From a virus, in IMG/VR virus record IMGVR_UViG_3300037424_000906, positions 39,780 to 103,779 of that record: a stretch of DNA of 64,000 nucleotides. One strand, written 5' to 3'. The position numbers were made by a program, and so were the translations under genes. Shown here piece by piece: positions 37,473 through 47,081 of the stretch (position 1 is the first letter of the stretch; the number at the start of each line of letters is the position of its first letter). The notes beneath the pieces were generated by a model. It worked only from the letters and a program-made list of their open reading frames with translations. It was not told where the DNA came from and ran no database searches.

Positions 37473-37721
37473 TTTCACCTCCATCCCTTGCTTCCGTCAA
37501 GACTTATCTTATCGAAAAGCCCTGCGTTGAGCAAGGAAATCTAGGGAAGTGTCAAGGACACGACAACAAAGCGGCCCGCCTCCCAGTGGGAAACGGGCCG
37601 CAAGATGTCCGCGAAGTTGTCTGCAATCCCAGGCATCTTGACCTGCTGCTACGCGGTTATGTTCGGGTTTTTGTCCGTCAACATGTCCGCGCTGCTGTCT
37701 GCTCTTTCGGCTCCAACACGC

Positions 37722-38156
37722 TCACTCCCACGCTCCCGACCGCTGGACCTTCAGGAGCATGTCGGCAGGGTAGACCTCGCGCACGTAGCCGACCCACGGC
37801 CCCTCGGTGATGACGACCTGCGGCACGTCCGGGTTGTCGGTCGGGCCGATGATCCGGCCGATGCTGTCGCGGTGCCAGGACAGGGCCACGTGGTCACCGA
37901 TGTGCACCTGCTCGCCGTTGTCGGCAAGCCAGCTGGGCGCATCTGCCGGCGCGGGGCGACTGGCTCTCAGCCTGTCGTGGATGGTCTGCACGACCATCGT
38001 GGACGAGTTCCAGTCGTGAGCCCGGTTGGCGGCGTAGACCTGCTGGATTTCGTCGGCCTGCAGGGCAGACCCTTCGTGCCAACGTTCCTCGTCGAAGCCT
38101 TGCCAGTCGCGTTCGAGCACGTCACGCTCCCTAAGGTGGGAAGGTGTGACGGTCAC
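37722..38156 (-). CDS. Hypothetical protein with SH3-like C-terminus
   Basis: NGEQVHIGDHV...GRI; start uncertain. Confidence 0.5.
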   Translation of the reverse strand: MTVTPSHLRERDVLERDWQGFDEERWHEGSALQADEIQQVYAANRAHDWNSSTMVVQTIHDRLRASRPAPADAPSWLADNGEQVHIGDHVALSWHRDSIGRIIGPTDNPDVPQVVITEGPWVGYVREVYPADMLLKVQRSGAWE

Positions 38157-38317
38157 CCGGTTGCGGGCGGGTGACCGTCGCACCTGTTCCGGACGGATCG
38201 CGGTAGACGAGCTGCGCCTAGCTTTGGGGCGACGCCCACCGCGACCGTGCAATGACGGTACGTGCCAGCGGCGGGCATCTATTGGTACGTGGTGTACCGG
38301 GTTACATGGCGTAACCC

Positions 38318-39535
38318 CTACGGCTCGAACTCGACCCGCTGGGCGAGTGCTTCCGCCGCCGCCCTGATCGACGCCCCGCCCTCGGTCACCAACCGGTCAA
38401 CCATGTCCCGGGCTGCCGGCGAGAACCGCACACACTCCGGTGACACGTTCACGGCCTGCGTGAGGAGCAGCAGCGTGCCTTCCCGGGATCCTTCCAAATC
38501 GGTGCCGCGTGCCAGCTCGATGTAGTGCCTGGCACGGCGCTCGATGCTCGGGATCGACGCGGGGTCCAGGGATCGTGCCCGCCGCTGCGCCTGGTCGGGG
38601 TCGCCGAGGTCCACGGACACCATGACCGCGACAACGTCAACGAGGACCGGGCCGACGCGCGTCCACGGGTGTACGTACCCGGCGGGTAATGCCCGGCGCA
38701 CGATCTCCGCTGCCGTGTCCCATTCAGCCCAGGCGCCTTGGTCGCCGTTGCGGCCCCGGGTGAGGGCTGCGCACAGGTGCAGGTCCGCGAACATGGCAGC
38801 CCACTCCGGTCCGCCGGCGGCAACCCTGGGCTCGATGAGGGCTTTGGCTTCGGCGAGCCGTTCGATGGCCTCATCGGAGCGTCCGACTGCCCGCAACAGG
38901 TGGGCGGCGTACCAGGATGCTCCGGCGATGGTGAGGGGGTCGTCGGCGTCGAGGGCGGCGCTCATGGCCCGGTCGCAGGTGAGCCACACCAACTCCCGGT
39001 CGCCGTGCCAGGCAAGGTACGCCTGGGCGAGGTGGTAGGACTCGGCGAGCATGGCCAACGATTGGCGCCGGGTTGTGCCTTCGTGGAGGCGGGCCGCTCG
39101 TTGTGCTTGGTCGAGGAGTGAGGGCAACAGCGCCCCGGTTTCGGTGCGCTGCCTCGGGGAGGTGTGCCAGGTGCGCCAGGCGGCGTCTACGGCACCGCGT
39201 AGGTATTCGGGGGTGGGTGCGTCGCCTTCTACGGTGAGCCGCCAGCTGGTGCCGGTGAGGGCTTGGCGGACTTCGGGGACGCCGGGGTGGGCTTGGCGTC
39301 CGGTGAGGCTGAGTTGGACGGTGGGTCCGTAGAGGTCGCCGAGGTCGCGTACGCCGAGGTGTGGTGCCAGTTTTTGGGCGGCATTGAGGGTGAGGCTGCG
39401 GCGGCCGGTTTCGACGAACTTGATCAGGGTGGCGCTGATTCCGGCGAGACCGGCGAGACGTTCGCGGGAGAGTCCGGCACGCCTGCGTAGGGCTTCGACT
39501 CGGCGGCCGACTTCGGGGTCTGGCTGCTGTGGCAT
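38318..39535 (-). CDS. XRE-family HTH regulator with helical/TPR-like C-terminal domain
   Basis: GRRVEALRRRAGLSRERLAGLAGIS...KFVETGRR; GGGAG SD. Confidence 0.88.
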   Translation of the reverse strand: MPQQPDPEVGRRVEALRRRAGLSRERLAGLAGISATLIKFVETGRRSLTLNAAQKLAPHLGVRDLGDLYGPTVQLSLTGRQAHPGVPEVRQALTGTSWRLTVEGDAPTPEYLRGAVDAAWRTWHTSPRQRTETGALLPSLLDQAQRAARLHEGTTRRQSLAMLAESYHLAQAYLAWHGDRELVWLTCDRAMSAALDADDPLTIAGASWYAAHLLRAVGRSDEAIERLAEAKALIEPRVAAGGPEWAAMFADLHLCAALTRGRNGDQGAWAEWDTAAEIVRRALPAGYVHPWTRVGPVLVDVVAVMVSVDLGDPDQAQRRARSLDPASIPSIERRARHYIELARGTDLEGSREGTLLLLTQAVNVSPECVRFSPAARDMVDRLVTEGGASIRAAAEALAQRVEFEP

Positions 39536-39775
39536 GGCTACTCCCGTCGCGGGGTACATGGTGTACCACCAACGGTAAGGCCGGGCGTGGTGTGATCGCC
39601 AGGATGCTGATGTGTCAGGTCTTGGGGCATGCCGTGCGCCCGCCGTGCCCGGATCGGGGGTGGCAAGTTCGCTGATCACCGCAGGGTAGAATTTGAGGCA
39701 CAACAACAAAAAAGCGGGCCCGGCAGGTGCTGATACACCAGATGCCAGGCCCTTGATCGCCCTGGGAGGCGACCC

Positions 39776-40708
39776 ATGAAAAGCGTAGACCCTCCTCCGC
39801 CCCGAACGGATGTTCGGTTGCTGCTGCCAGCTCCGCTTGGCCCGCCCGAGATGAGCACTCCGGTTCTGCCGGCGGATGAGCGCGTGGAGGTCAGCTTCGG
39901 GCCCGATCGTGACCTCAGGCCAGGAGGCCTGTTCCCTGGGACGATCCTCTCGGCAAAGGACGACCGCGGACGCGTCCTCAGCGGCTCAGACCTTCGCGTC
40001 TATCTCGCGTTGCGCACCCTCCACAGCCCTGTTCCCGGTGATGACCCCCGCGTCGCAGAGATCGCCAGCAGGGCCAACGTGTCTCTGTCTGTCACTGGGA
40101 AAAGCATTCTGCGGCTCCGCGAGATGGGGTTACTCAAGAACCCTCGGCACTCCGACACCAAGCCGGAGCCTGTAAACCGCGTGCGCAGGGTGATCAGCAA
40201 CGAAGAAGGCCCGGTACTCACGTCTGGCAGGCCGGTGCCGATCCAAAAATCGACTCGGACGACGGAGGGCTTGTCGCTGGCGCAAGGGCCGGTCCCGGTT
40301 CTTCGCCAAGTCTCTGCTCCCCGACGAGTTCCAATCAATGCGCGGCGAACGTGTGTGTATAGGCACTACGACGCTGATGATGTGCTGCTCTACGTTGGGA
40401 TGACCAGTACGCCGTCAACGCGTGAGACGAGCCACGTAGCGTCTGCCATCTGGCACGGCCTGAGCAAACGGCGAACCGAGACCTGGTACCCGAACCGGCG
40501 CGATGCTGAACAGGCCGAGACTGAAGCGATTAGTCGTGAGTACCCCCTGTTCAACATCGACGGCAACGTGACCGAGGAGTCGCAGCGCCGCGTGTGGATC
40601 TACCTCAATGGCAAGGAACTGCTCGCGCTCTGGGACATTCACCAGCGGCGGATCAAGTTGGGCAGTAAGCCGAAGCGTCGCAGCAAGAAGCCGAACCACG
40701 CGGCCTGA
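39776..40708 (+). CDS. Winged-HTH plus GIY-YIG domain protein
   Basis: LRVYLAL...EIASRANVS...LRLREMGL; VYRHYD....LLYVGMT...R...H...E.EAI..E.PLFN. Confidence 0.8.
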   Translation: MKSVDPPPPRTDVRLLLPAPLGPPEMSTPVLPADERVEVSFGPDRDLRPGGLFPGTILSAKDDRGRVLSGSDLRVYLALRTLHSPVPGDDPRVAEIASRANVSLSVTGKSILRLREMGLLKNPRHSDTKPEPVNRVRRVISNEEGPVLTSGRPVPIQKSTRTTEGLSLAQGPVPVLRQVSAPRRVPINARRTCVYRHYDADDVLLYVGMTSTPSTRETSHVASAIWHGLSKRRTETWYPNRRDAEQAETEAISREYPLFNIDGNVTEESQRRVWIYLNGKELLALWDIHQRRIKLGSKPKRRSKKPNHAA

Positions 40709-40762
40709 AACGCGGCTGGACCACCGCCAACCTTGGCGGTGGTCCAGGGCGGGCCGGGCGGT

Positions 40763-40963
40763 TCAGGCCGTGTAGCTCGGATGCAGCGGCTTCGCAGTAA
40801 CCCCGGCCGGGAGCGGCACGGCCGTGTAGGTGCTGGTCGTACCGAACTTGCTGTGGGCGATCCGTGTGACGTTCGCCGTGACCTGCTGGGCGGTGGCGAG
40901 GTCGCCGAAGGTGCCGTAGTGGCCGAGGACGATGCCCCGGTTGGTGCTTCTGATCGTGTACAT
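40763..40963 (-). CDS. Hypothetical protein
   Basis: GAGGAG SD. Confidence 0.6.
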   Translation of the reverse strand: MYTIRSTNRGIVLGHYGTFGDLATAQQVTANVTRIAHSKFGTTSTYTAVPLPAGVTAKPLHPSYTA

Positions 40964-40972
40964 CGGGGCTCC

Positions 40973-41179
40973 TCAGATGTCGAGGGTCGGAGTGGTGGCG
41001 TGGGCTGCGTGCTGGGCGCGTAGTTCGGGCGACGGGGTCAGGTGCGCGTTCTTGCACCACGGGTCGGGGCAGTCGTGCCAGACGCCGCACCACTTCTGCT
41101 CGTAGGTCGCGTTCGTCATGTCGCGCAAGACCATCGGTCCGTGCCCTCGGGCGCACTCAGGTGCGGTTGGCTGCGTCAT
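40973..41179 (-). CDS. Small Zn-ribbon protein
   Basis: C..GHGPM...EQKWCGVWHDC...C; AAGGAG SD. Confidence 0.7.
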   Translation of the reverse strand: MTQPTAPECARGHGPMVLRDMTNATYEQKWCGVWHDCPDPWCKNAHLTPSPELRAQHAAHATTPTLDI

Positions 41180-41219
41180 GGCTGCTCCTTCGGTTCGTGC
41201 GGATGGGGGTGGGCGCCGT

Positions 41220-41540
41220 TTAGCCTGCAAGTTCGCCGGCCAGTTCGGGAAAGCAGCGCCGCACTGCGGTCAGCGCCCAGGCGTCGAACGCCTCATCTTC
41301 ACCAGCGGGGACGTCGTCATAGAAGGAGCACTCGAACCCGCCCATGCCACCGCGCTTCAGCACGTTGCGGATCGCGTCCTCGACCTGCTTGCGGGTGAGA
41401 TCGTCGGGCAACTCGTCGGCGTCGTGGTCGGTGGAGTAGTGGTAGATGAGGATGCCCTGGAGCAGGTGTGCGTCCAGTTCGAATTCCAGGCGCACCTTGG
41501 CGATCTTCTTCGTGCCCCTGCGCCAGTTGAACTTGATCAC
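41220..41540 (-). CDS. Hypothetical protein
   Basis: GGAGG SD, coupled. Confidence 0.6.
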   Translation of the reverse strand: MIKFNWRRGTKKIAKVRLEFELDAHLLQGILIYHYSTDHDADELPDDLTRKQVEDAIRNVLKRGGMGGFECSFYDDVPAGEDEAFDAWALTAVRRCFPELAGELAG

Positions 41541-41731
41541 ATCTCCTCCACTCGGGTGATGTCTTCGTCGGCGATCGCCTCGTAGGCGTGGTTCTTGATG
41601 TGAAGCAGGATGTGCGGGGCTTTGCCCGGGACTTTCACGGCACCGACGAGCACGCCGATGACCGTGCTGCCGTCCGGGCGCGTGACGCACACCCGCTTGT
41701 TGAGCATGGCGACGAGGCTCCAGCGGCTCAT
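41537..41731 (-). CDS. Small Sm/SH3-like hypothetical protein
   Basis: RV.VT..DG.TV.GVL pattern; coupled. Confidence 0.55.
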   Translation of the reverse strand: MSRWSLVAMLNKRVCVTRPDGSTVIGVLVGAVKVPGKAPHILLHIKNHAYEAIADEDITRVEEM

Positions 41732-41961
41732 CGGGTGCCTCGCTCCGCGACCCAGGCCAGGCCGAGATCGGTCAGCGCGTAGTTGCGGGTGCCCGAGCCG
41801 ACCTTGCGGAGCAGCCGGTCACGGACCAGCTTCCTGGCCACGGTCAGTTCGGAGCCGGACAGGTAGCGGTAGGTGCCACCACAGCGGGTTGCCCCACGCA
41901 CCGCGTTCAGCACGATCGCGCCAGCCTCGGTAACGTCGGGTAGCTGCGGAACGGTGGTCAT
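41728..41961 (-). CDS. Small winged-helix-like protein
   Basis: ARKLVRDRLL...YALTDLG. Confidence 0.6.
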   Translation of the reverse strand: MTTVPQLPDVTEAGAIVLNAVRGATRCGGTYRYLSGSELTVARKLVRDRLLRKVGSGTRNYALTDLGLAWVAERGTR

Positions 41962-41995
41962 CGTGGTCCTTCCGGTTAATGCGGGGGTGGGTGGG

Positions 41996-42538
41996 CTAGT
42001 GGGTTGCCGAGTGCTCTCGGGCGGCGCGGGAGGCGTAGGAGTGCTCCTCTATGCGCGAGGACTTCCACGGGCAGTCCATGCACCGGGCGCGGTAGAGCGT
42101 TCCTGCCGGGTTCCACACGTAGGTGCCATCCGTGAGCCGGACCTTGCGGTCCAGCCCGATGCTGATCACCTCGGTGCGGTGGTGACCGACCAGGACGATC
42201 GTGAAGTCGTGCGACTCCTCGGCGCTCATCGGATGGCCGGGGCACTCACGCGGGGCGTCCGGGTTCCGGTGCCGATCGATGCAGTCGGCGGCGCAAATGA
42301 TGAGCCACCCGCCCTGCTCGGTGAGCAGTACCCGCCCCTCCGAGCGTCCGCCACCAACGGGCTCGACCGCGTTGACCCAGACCCGAGCAAATCGGCGGTC
42401 CGCACGCTCCGGCCGCACCTCGGCGCCCAGCTTCAGCGGGCGCAGTGCCGCCGCCGCTTCGGTCTTGGTCGCGTACCGCTTGATGTCCGCGCCAGCGTGG
42501 TCACGCATGTCGCGCAGGTTGAGCGGGGTGCTGGACAT
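41996..42538 (-). CDS. Hypothetical Cys/His protein
   Basis: GAGGAG SD; ARCMDCPW...A.EH. Confidence 0.6.
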   Translation of the reverse strand: MSSTPLNLRDMRDHAGADIKRYATKTEAAAALRPLKLGAEVRPERADRRFARVWVNAVEPVGGGRSEGRVLLTEQGGWLIICAADCIDRHRNPDAPRECPGHPMSAEESHDFTIVLVGHHRTEVISIGLDRKVRLTDGTYVWNPAGTLYRARCMDCPWKSSRIEEHSYASRAAREHSATH

Positions 42539-42630
42539 CTCGGCTCCTCGAGTAGTTGGTTGACGGCCATCGTCAGGGGCGACCTCATCGCCCGACGCGC
42601 CTGCCTCTCGGCGGTGCGTTTCGGCCTTGC

Positions 42631-42852
42631 TCAGTCCTCGTAGCAGTAGCAGCCGTCGCAGTTCATGCAGACTCCGCAGCCCTGGCACTTGGACGACAGG
42701 TGGCAGCCGCAGATCGGGTTGCAGTCGTGCTCGCTGGACCAGTAGGCCGGTCCACCGGCGGTGCCCTGGGCGTGATTGCGGACGTACTGGATCGTGCCGT
42801 CCCAGTCGGTGCTGGAGTGGTCGTACTGGACGCCGAGCGGGTCGTGCGGCAT
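42631..42852 (-). CDS. Small Cys-rich protein
   Basis: GAGGAG SD; C-terminal cluster of nine Cys. Confidence 0.65.
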   Translation of the reverse strand: MPHDPLGVQYDHSSTDWDGTIQYVRNHAQGTAGGPAYWSSEHDCNPICGCHLSSKCQGCGVCMNCDGCYCYED

Positions 42853-42961
42853 GGCTTGCTCCTCGGGTGGTCGGGGTGGTTCGGAGTGGGCGTTTGGGAG
42901 TCGAACCCGGTGGTGCACCTGTCGCCCCTGGAGGGGCGGCCGTGTGGCCGCCCCGGTCCGG

Positions 42962-43438
42962 TCAGCGGGTGTGAAGTTCGGCAACGGGGATCAGCTCGAC
43001 GTAGTCCACGTCACCGGTCGGCCAGTAGCCGGCGCTGTTGTGCCGGTAGCAGGTCCGGACCGCGCCTCCCGCCTTGAACCAGATGCGGTGGGTCGGCCCC
43101 GTCGCGCAGGTGTCGCACTCGGCGTGGCGCTCGTAGGCCACGCGCAACTCGGTCGCCTGGTCAATCTGCCCGTTCACCGTCAGCGCCTCGGCGTGTACGT
43201 CGTCCATGTCGACGCTGAGGATGGCGAGCACCTTCATGCCCTCGATGGTCAGGCGTCCGAGGCGCTCGGATGCGCTGGAGAAATCCAGCAGGCCGAGCCG
43301 CACCAGAGCGTGCATGGTCGCGCGGTATCCGAAGACTTCGTTGCCGTTCGTGCCGGTGAGGATGGTGTAGCGCTGGGTCTTGGTGAGCTTGTCCGCGATC
43401 TGGCTGGCGGTCTTGGTGGCGGTGCTCGACTGCGTCAT
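42962..43438 (-). CDS. Winged-helix plus Zn-finger protein, leaderless
   Basis: ATMHALVRLGL...LTIEG; CDTC...CYRH. Confidence 0.65.
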   Translation of the reverse strand: MTQSSTATKTASQIADKLTKTQRYTILTGTNGNEVFGYRATMHALVRLGLLDFSSASERLGRLTIEGMKVLAILSVDMDDVHAEALTVNGQIDQATELRVAYERHAECDTCATGPTHRIWFKAGGAVRTCYRHNSAGYWPTGDVDYVELIPVAELHTR

Positions 43439-43534
43439 GAGACAAGTATTGCAAGATGTCTTGGCTTCCACAAGTTATTGGCCTAGTACTTTCGGCCATT
43501 TGTACTTAGCCAAGTACATTGCTAAACTACGGGC

Positions 43535-43786
43535 GTGACAACCATCAACGACGTCAAAGCCGCCTACGCCAAAATCGAAGAAGCCGAGGTCAACTACCGG
43601 GCCACCTTGCGCCAAGCCCTCGCAGACGGCGTCATACAGGCCGACCTCATGCGAGCACTGGAACGCAACCGGGAAACCCTGCGCCAAGACGCCATGCCCG
43701 AAGAAGAGCGAACTGCGCTCCGCACCAAAGAACTCGAACGCCAGCGCGCTCGACGAGAAGCGGCAAAGACAGGCGGCCGGAAGTGA
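43535..43786 (+). CDS. Small HTH regulator, divergent and leaderless
   Basis: A.ADGV.QADL.......RET.R; TGTACTT-N4-AAGTACA palindrome upstream. Confidence 0.7.
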   Translation: MTTINDVKAAYAKIEEAEVNYRATLRQALADGVIQADLMRALERNRETLRQDAMPEEERTALRTKELERQRARREAAKTGGRK

Positions 43787-43791
43787 CCAAC

Positions 43792-44151
43792 ATGGGAAAG
43801 ATCGGCAAGGACCGCGACCTGCCAGCGGTCACTCAACCGCCAGAATTGACAGATGACCAGAAAAGGTTCGTCGGCTCCGCCACCTACCGCGAACTCATGC
43901 TGGAGTCCATCGCGATGCATGTGCGGTACTCCCTCCACCCGGAGAGCGGATACACGCGCACCGACTCCAGCATGGCGGCCACCGCCAAGCAGATACTGAT
44001 CTCCCTGAACGCCCACAAAACGAAGCGATCTGGCGTCGAGGTGCCCGTGGCCTACGTGTTGTACAGCGTGCGCAAAGAGGTCGAGGAGCGGGAGAAGCGA
44101 TTCCGCCCGGCACCCTCGGCGTGCGCAACGGATGCGGAGGACGCGTCATGA
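43792..44151 (+). CDS. Hypothetical protein
   Basis: Follows the HTH gene. Confidence 0.5.
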   Translation: MGKIGKDRDLPAVTQPPELTDDQKRFVGSATYRELMLESIAMHVRYSLHPESGYTRTDSSMAATAKQILISLNAHKTKRSGVEVPVAYVLYSVRKEVEEREKRFRPAPSACATDAEDAS

Positions 44152-44236
44152 CCCCGCAAACCCCTGCGACGTAGATCCCCATACGTGCACGACGACGCCC
44201 CGGCCTGCAACAGGACCGGGGCGTCTGCCGTACGGG

Positions 44237-44698
44237 TCAGAAAATGTACGGGGGCTGCGGCTCCGGGTCGGCATCCCGGACCACCTTCGTCCAGTGGTGT
44301 CCGAACCTGCCGAAGCCATCCTCGCCCCCGTGGACGAACCCAGACCGGTAGTGCGGGTTGCGGGCGTCGTCGGCGACGTAAGCAACCTGCCGCTGATCGG
44401 CGTGGTGCCGGGTACGCGCGGCGACCAGGGCTGTGAACACGCCCTGCCGCCGGCTCTCCGCCATCACGTAGTGGCTTTCGCCCTGGACGTAGCCGCGCAG
44501 TTGCCGGGCTGCGACCCAGCCGAGCACCTTGTCGTCCGGGGTGAACGCGACCCACCAGGTCTTGTTCGGGGCCATGGCTATCGTGCCGTCGCTCTCGGAG
44601 CGGATAGTGGCGACCATGTCCGAGTTGTTGAACACCGGGTTCGTGAGCTCCCAGAACCTTTCGTCGGCGGTGGTCAGGTGCAAGATTTCGTAGTTCAC
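44237..44698 (-). CDS. GNAT-family acetyltransferase
   Basis: YV..ESRRQGVFTAL motif A; Y...GF. Confidence 0.8.
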   Translation of the reverse strand: MNYEILHLTTADERFWELTNPVFNNSDMVATIRSESDGTIAMAPNKTWWVAFTPDDKVLGWVAARQLRGYVQGESHYVMAESRRQGVFTALVAARTRHHADQRQVAYVADDARNPHYRSGFVHGGEDGFGRFGHHWTKVVRDADPEPQPPYIF

Positions 44699-44715
44699 GT
44701 CAGGTCCTCTCGTGG

Positions 44716-44925
44716 TCAGTTCGTGCCGCCGGCGTGCTCCGCGGCGTCACGGGCGGCGAGCAGGCGCAGCGCATCGGCGATGACCGCGCGGGCGCCGGGG
44801 TTGTTGTCGGCGATGAGGTCGGCGATGACCTGGTCCGCGCTGGCGTCATCGCTGGCGGCCTGGGCGGCGGCAAGCTGGTCAAGACGCGGGGTCAGGTACG
44901 TACGGATGGGATCGGGCTCGGACAT
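44716..44925 (-). CDS. Small helical protein
   Basis: AAGGGAG SD. Confidence 0.55.
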   Translation of the reverse strand: MSEPDPIRTYLTPRLDQLAAAQAASDDASADQVIADLIADNNPGARAVIADALRLLAARDAAEHAGGTN

Positions 44926-45020
44926 GGGTGCTCCCTTGCTGGGGTCGGGCTGGAATGTCTGCTTGTAATACAGGTAACCCAACAGGGCGGGCCCGGAGCA
45001 AACGCTCCGGGCCCATTGGG

Positions 45021-45527
45021 TCAGTGCAGGCGCAGTGCCCGCAGTCCCAGGTTGAGGTAGGTCTCGGCGGACGGAACACCGATGCCCATCTCGGCGGCGA
45101 TCTCCCGGGCGTTCATGCCCTGGAAGGCCCACATCTCCAGCGCCTTACGGCGGGAGGGCGGGAGCTCGGCCAGGGCCGCCATGACGTACAGGGCGGTGTC
45201 TGGGTCGCCCATGGACAGCCCGGCGTTGACCATCGTCTCCTCGACATTGTCGGGCCGGTCCGCGAACTCCTCGGCGTAGCCGACCAGCTGGGGGCGGCGG
45301 CGGGTAACCATGTCCAGCACCTGGTAGTGCACCGCCCGGCGCAGCCAAGTCTTCGCGCGGCCGGGGTGCAGCGCGTCGTACCGGCCCAGGGCCATCTCGA
45401 AGACGTCCTGCACGGCATCCTCGGCGTCGGCGTGCGACAGGCCTTCCGCGATCGCGACCCGCACCAGGTAGGCGCGGTGCTCGCGGAAGAGGTCTTCCAC
45501 CGTGATGAAGGTGAATGGCTCGGCCAC
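45021..45527 (-). CDS. ECF-type RNA polymerase sigma factor
   Basis: DAEDAVQDVF, TWL (region 2); ALAELP...R.AL.M..FQGM...EIAAEMGI (region 4). Confidence 0.9.
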   Translation of the reverse strand: MAEPFTFITVEDLFREHRAYLVRVAIAEGLSHADAEDAVQDVFEMALGRYDALHPGRAKTWLRRAVHYQVLDMVTRRRPQLVGYAEEFADRPDNVEETMVNAGLSMGDPDTALYVMAALAELPPSRRKALEMWAFQGMNAREIAAEMGIGVPSAETYLNLGLRALRLH

Positions 45528-45565
45528 TTTGACTCCCTCTGTTGAGTTTTCAATCCCCCGTGCTT

Positions 45566-45605
45566 ATGTAGATAGTCTACATCTTAAAATGTAGAGCGTC
45601 TACAT
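45566..45605. promoter_or_regulatory. Tandem palindromic operator pair
   Basis: ATGTAGA-N3-TCTACAT at 45566 and 45589, upstream of the sigma gene. Confidence 0.8.
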
Positions 45606-45629
45606 TTAAGGGTGTCGGTTGTGCGACAC

Positions 45630-46268
45630 TCAAGAACGAGACGGCCCGCTCTTCCGGTCCGCGACACCCTGGTCATATACGCGCCTGGCAGCCTGGCAGA
45701 CATCACACTGGCACCCACGGTTGTAGCCAGACATCCCATGGCTCGGCGGCTCCGCAGCGCCCTGCCGAATCGCCTCACGCTGGCGACCGAGCGCCGCCAC
45801 CCGCGCAGCCCGAACAGCCTCGATACTCCGCCCGGTCGGGCCCCTCTTCGCCTTGCGCGGGGCCATGTAGCCCGACTTGCAGATGGCAGCGACCCGCCAC
45901 GACTTCAGACCGGTGATCTCGCAGATCTCCGACCGCGGCACCAAGTCGCGGTCGGCGCACTGGATCGCGGCATCACGACGGTCCCTAGCTGCGATGTACG
46001 CAGCTTCGACCGCCGCCACCTCGGCCGCCACGCTCGGCAGGTCATGAAGAGGCCCTGGCCACACCAGGGTGTTGGCAAGGTTGATTTTCCGGATGCCCGC
46101 CCTGCTCAGGCCGAAGATCTTCGCGCAAGAGATCTCCGAGATCTCCTGAGCCCTGGCCAGCTTGATCATCCGGTTGCGGTAGACGACGGCCGCACCTAGA
46201 CGGTCTTTGTGCTCACGGAGGGACCGTGCCCGGCGGCGCAGGATACCCAGGTGCTCCTCCCTCGTCAC
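45630..46268 (-). CDS. Tandem-HTH plus HG..GY..GC.C..C Zn-finger protein
   Basis: Two RN/D..I..A......EI..I.GL repeats; HGMSGYNRGCQCDVC. Confidence 0.7.
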   Translation of the reverse strand: MTREEHLGILRRRARSLREHKDRLGAAVVYRNRMIKLARAQEISEISCAKIFGLSRAGIRKINLANTLVWPGPLHDLPSVAAEVAAVEAAYIAARDRRDAAIQCADRDLVPRSEICEITGLKSWRVAAICKSGYMAPRKAKRGPTGRSIEAVRAARVAALGRQREAIRQGAAEPPSHGMSGYNRGCQCDVCQAARRVYDQGVADRKSGPSRS

Positions 46269-46624
46269 CGCTCCCCGAGATCTTTGAGCAGTGTCATCCG
46301 GTCGATGCCCGTCCGCCTTGCCGCCGCTGACCGGTTGCTGCCGTCAGCCCTCAGCATCACCGCGAGCTGACGACTGGCCGCCAACTCCAACGCCATACGC
46401 GTTCGCGTCGCGGTGAGAATCCGGCCGGCGTCGTCCGGGTCGACCTCGCCCAGGATGTACTGCATCGCCGCGCTCATCGCCGCGGTCCACAGGTCGATTT
46501 CGTCGGGGTCCGGGTAGCGGACGTCGATCCGGTCGGACTCCTCGCGGAGCCGGTCAACCTGATCGGCGGTCAGGGCGGGACGCCCCTCGGGGCCGAGCCA
46601 GATCATCAGGTCGTCGCGGGTCAT
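46265..46624 (-). CDS. HTH regulator (C-terminal HTH)
   Basis: GGAGG SD; SAAARRTGIDRMTLLKDLG. Confidence 0.75.
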   Translation of the reverse strand: MTRDDLMIWLGPEGRPALTADQVDRLREESDRIDVRYPDPDEIDLWTAAMSAAMQYILGEVDPDDAGRILTATRTRMALELAASRQLAVMLRADGSNRSAAARRTGIDRMTLLKDLGER

Positions 46625-46635
46625 GGGGTGCCTCC

Positions 46636-46959
46636 TCAGGCGTAGATGCGGGCGATCAGCTCGTCGCTGACCGGGGTGACGGAGACGATCCGGGTGGGGC
46701 AGACGAGCAGCGCGCCCGCGTGGGCATCCTCGTCGTCCTCGTGGGAGTAGTAACCGTCCAGCTCTACGACGACGCAGTCCTCGTCTACCCAACCGGATGC
46801 GGCCTGGAAGTAGGTGATGAGTCCGTCGATCGAGCCGCAGACTGAGACGCCGTGGCGGGCGGGCGCCCATTCGTCGGACCAGTTGCGCGACTCCCAGGTG
46901 CTCTCGTCGAGCAGGTCGGCGAGGTTGCGGGTTGCGGACTGGATCCGGAAGAACGTCAT
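46636..46959 (-). CDS. Hypothetical protein, leaderless
   Basis: Start codon lies within an operator; FRIQ...GVSVC. Confidence 0.7.
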   Translation of the reverse strand: MTFFRIQSATRNLADLLDESTWESRNWSDEWAPARHGVSVCGSIDGLITYFQAASGWVDEDCVVVELDGYYSHEDDEDAHAGALLVCPTRIVSVTPVSDELIARIYA

Positions 46960-46996
46960 GTAGACAGTCTACATCAAATATGTAGACCGTCTACAT
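46958..46996. promoter_or_regulatory. Second tandem palindromic operator pair
   Basis: ATGTAGA-N3-TCTACAT at 46958 and 46980. Confidence 0.8.
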
Positions 46997-47081
46997 TAAT
47001 AGGTGTCAGCTGCACGACACCACCCACACGCAGCAACGCCCCGAACCTGACACAGGCCGGGGCGATTGCTGAGCCGGGAGA

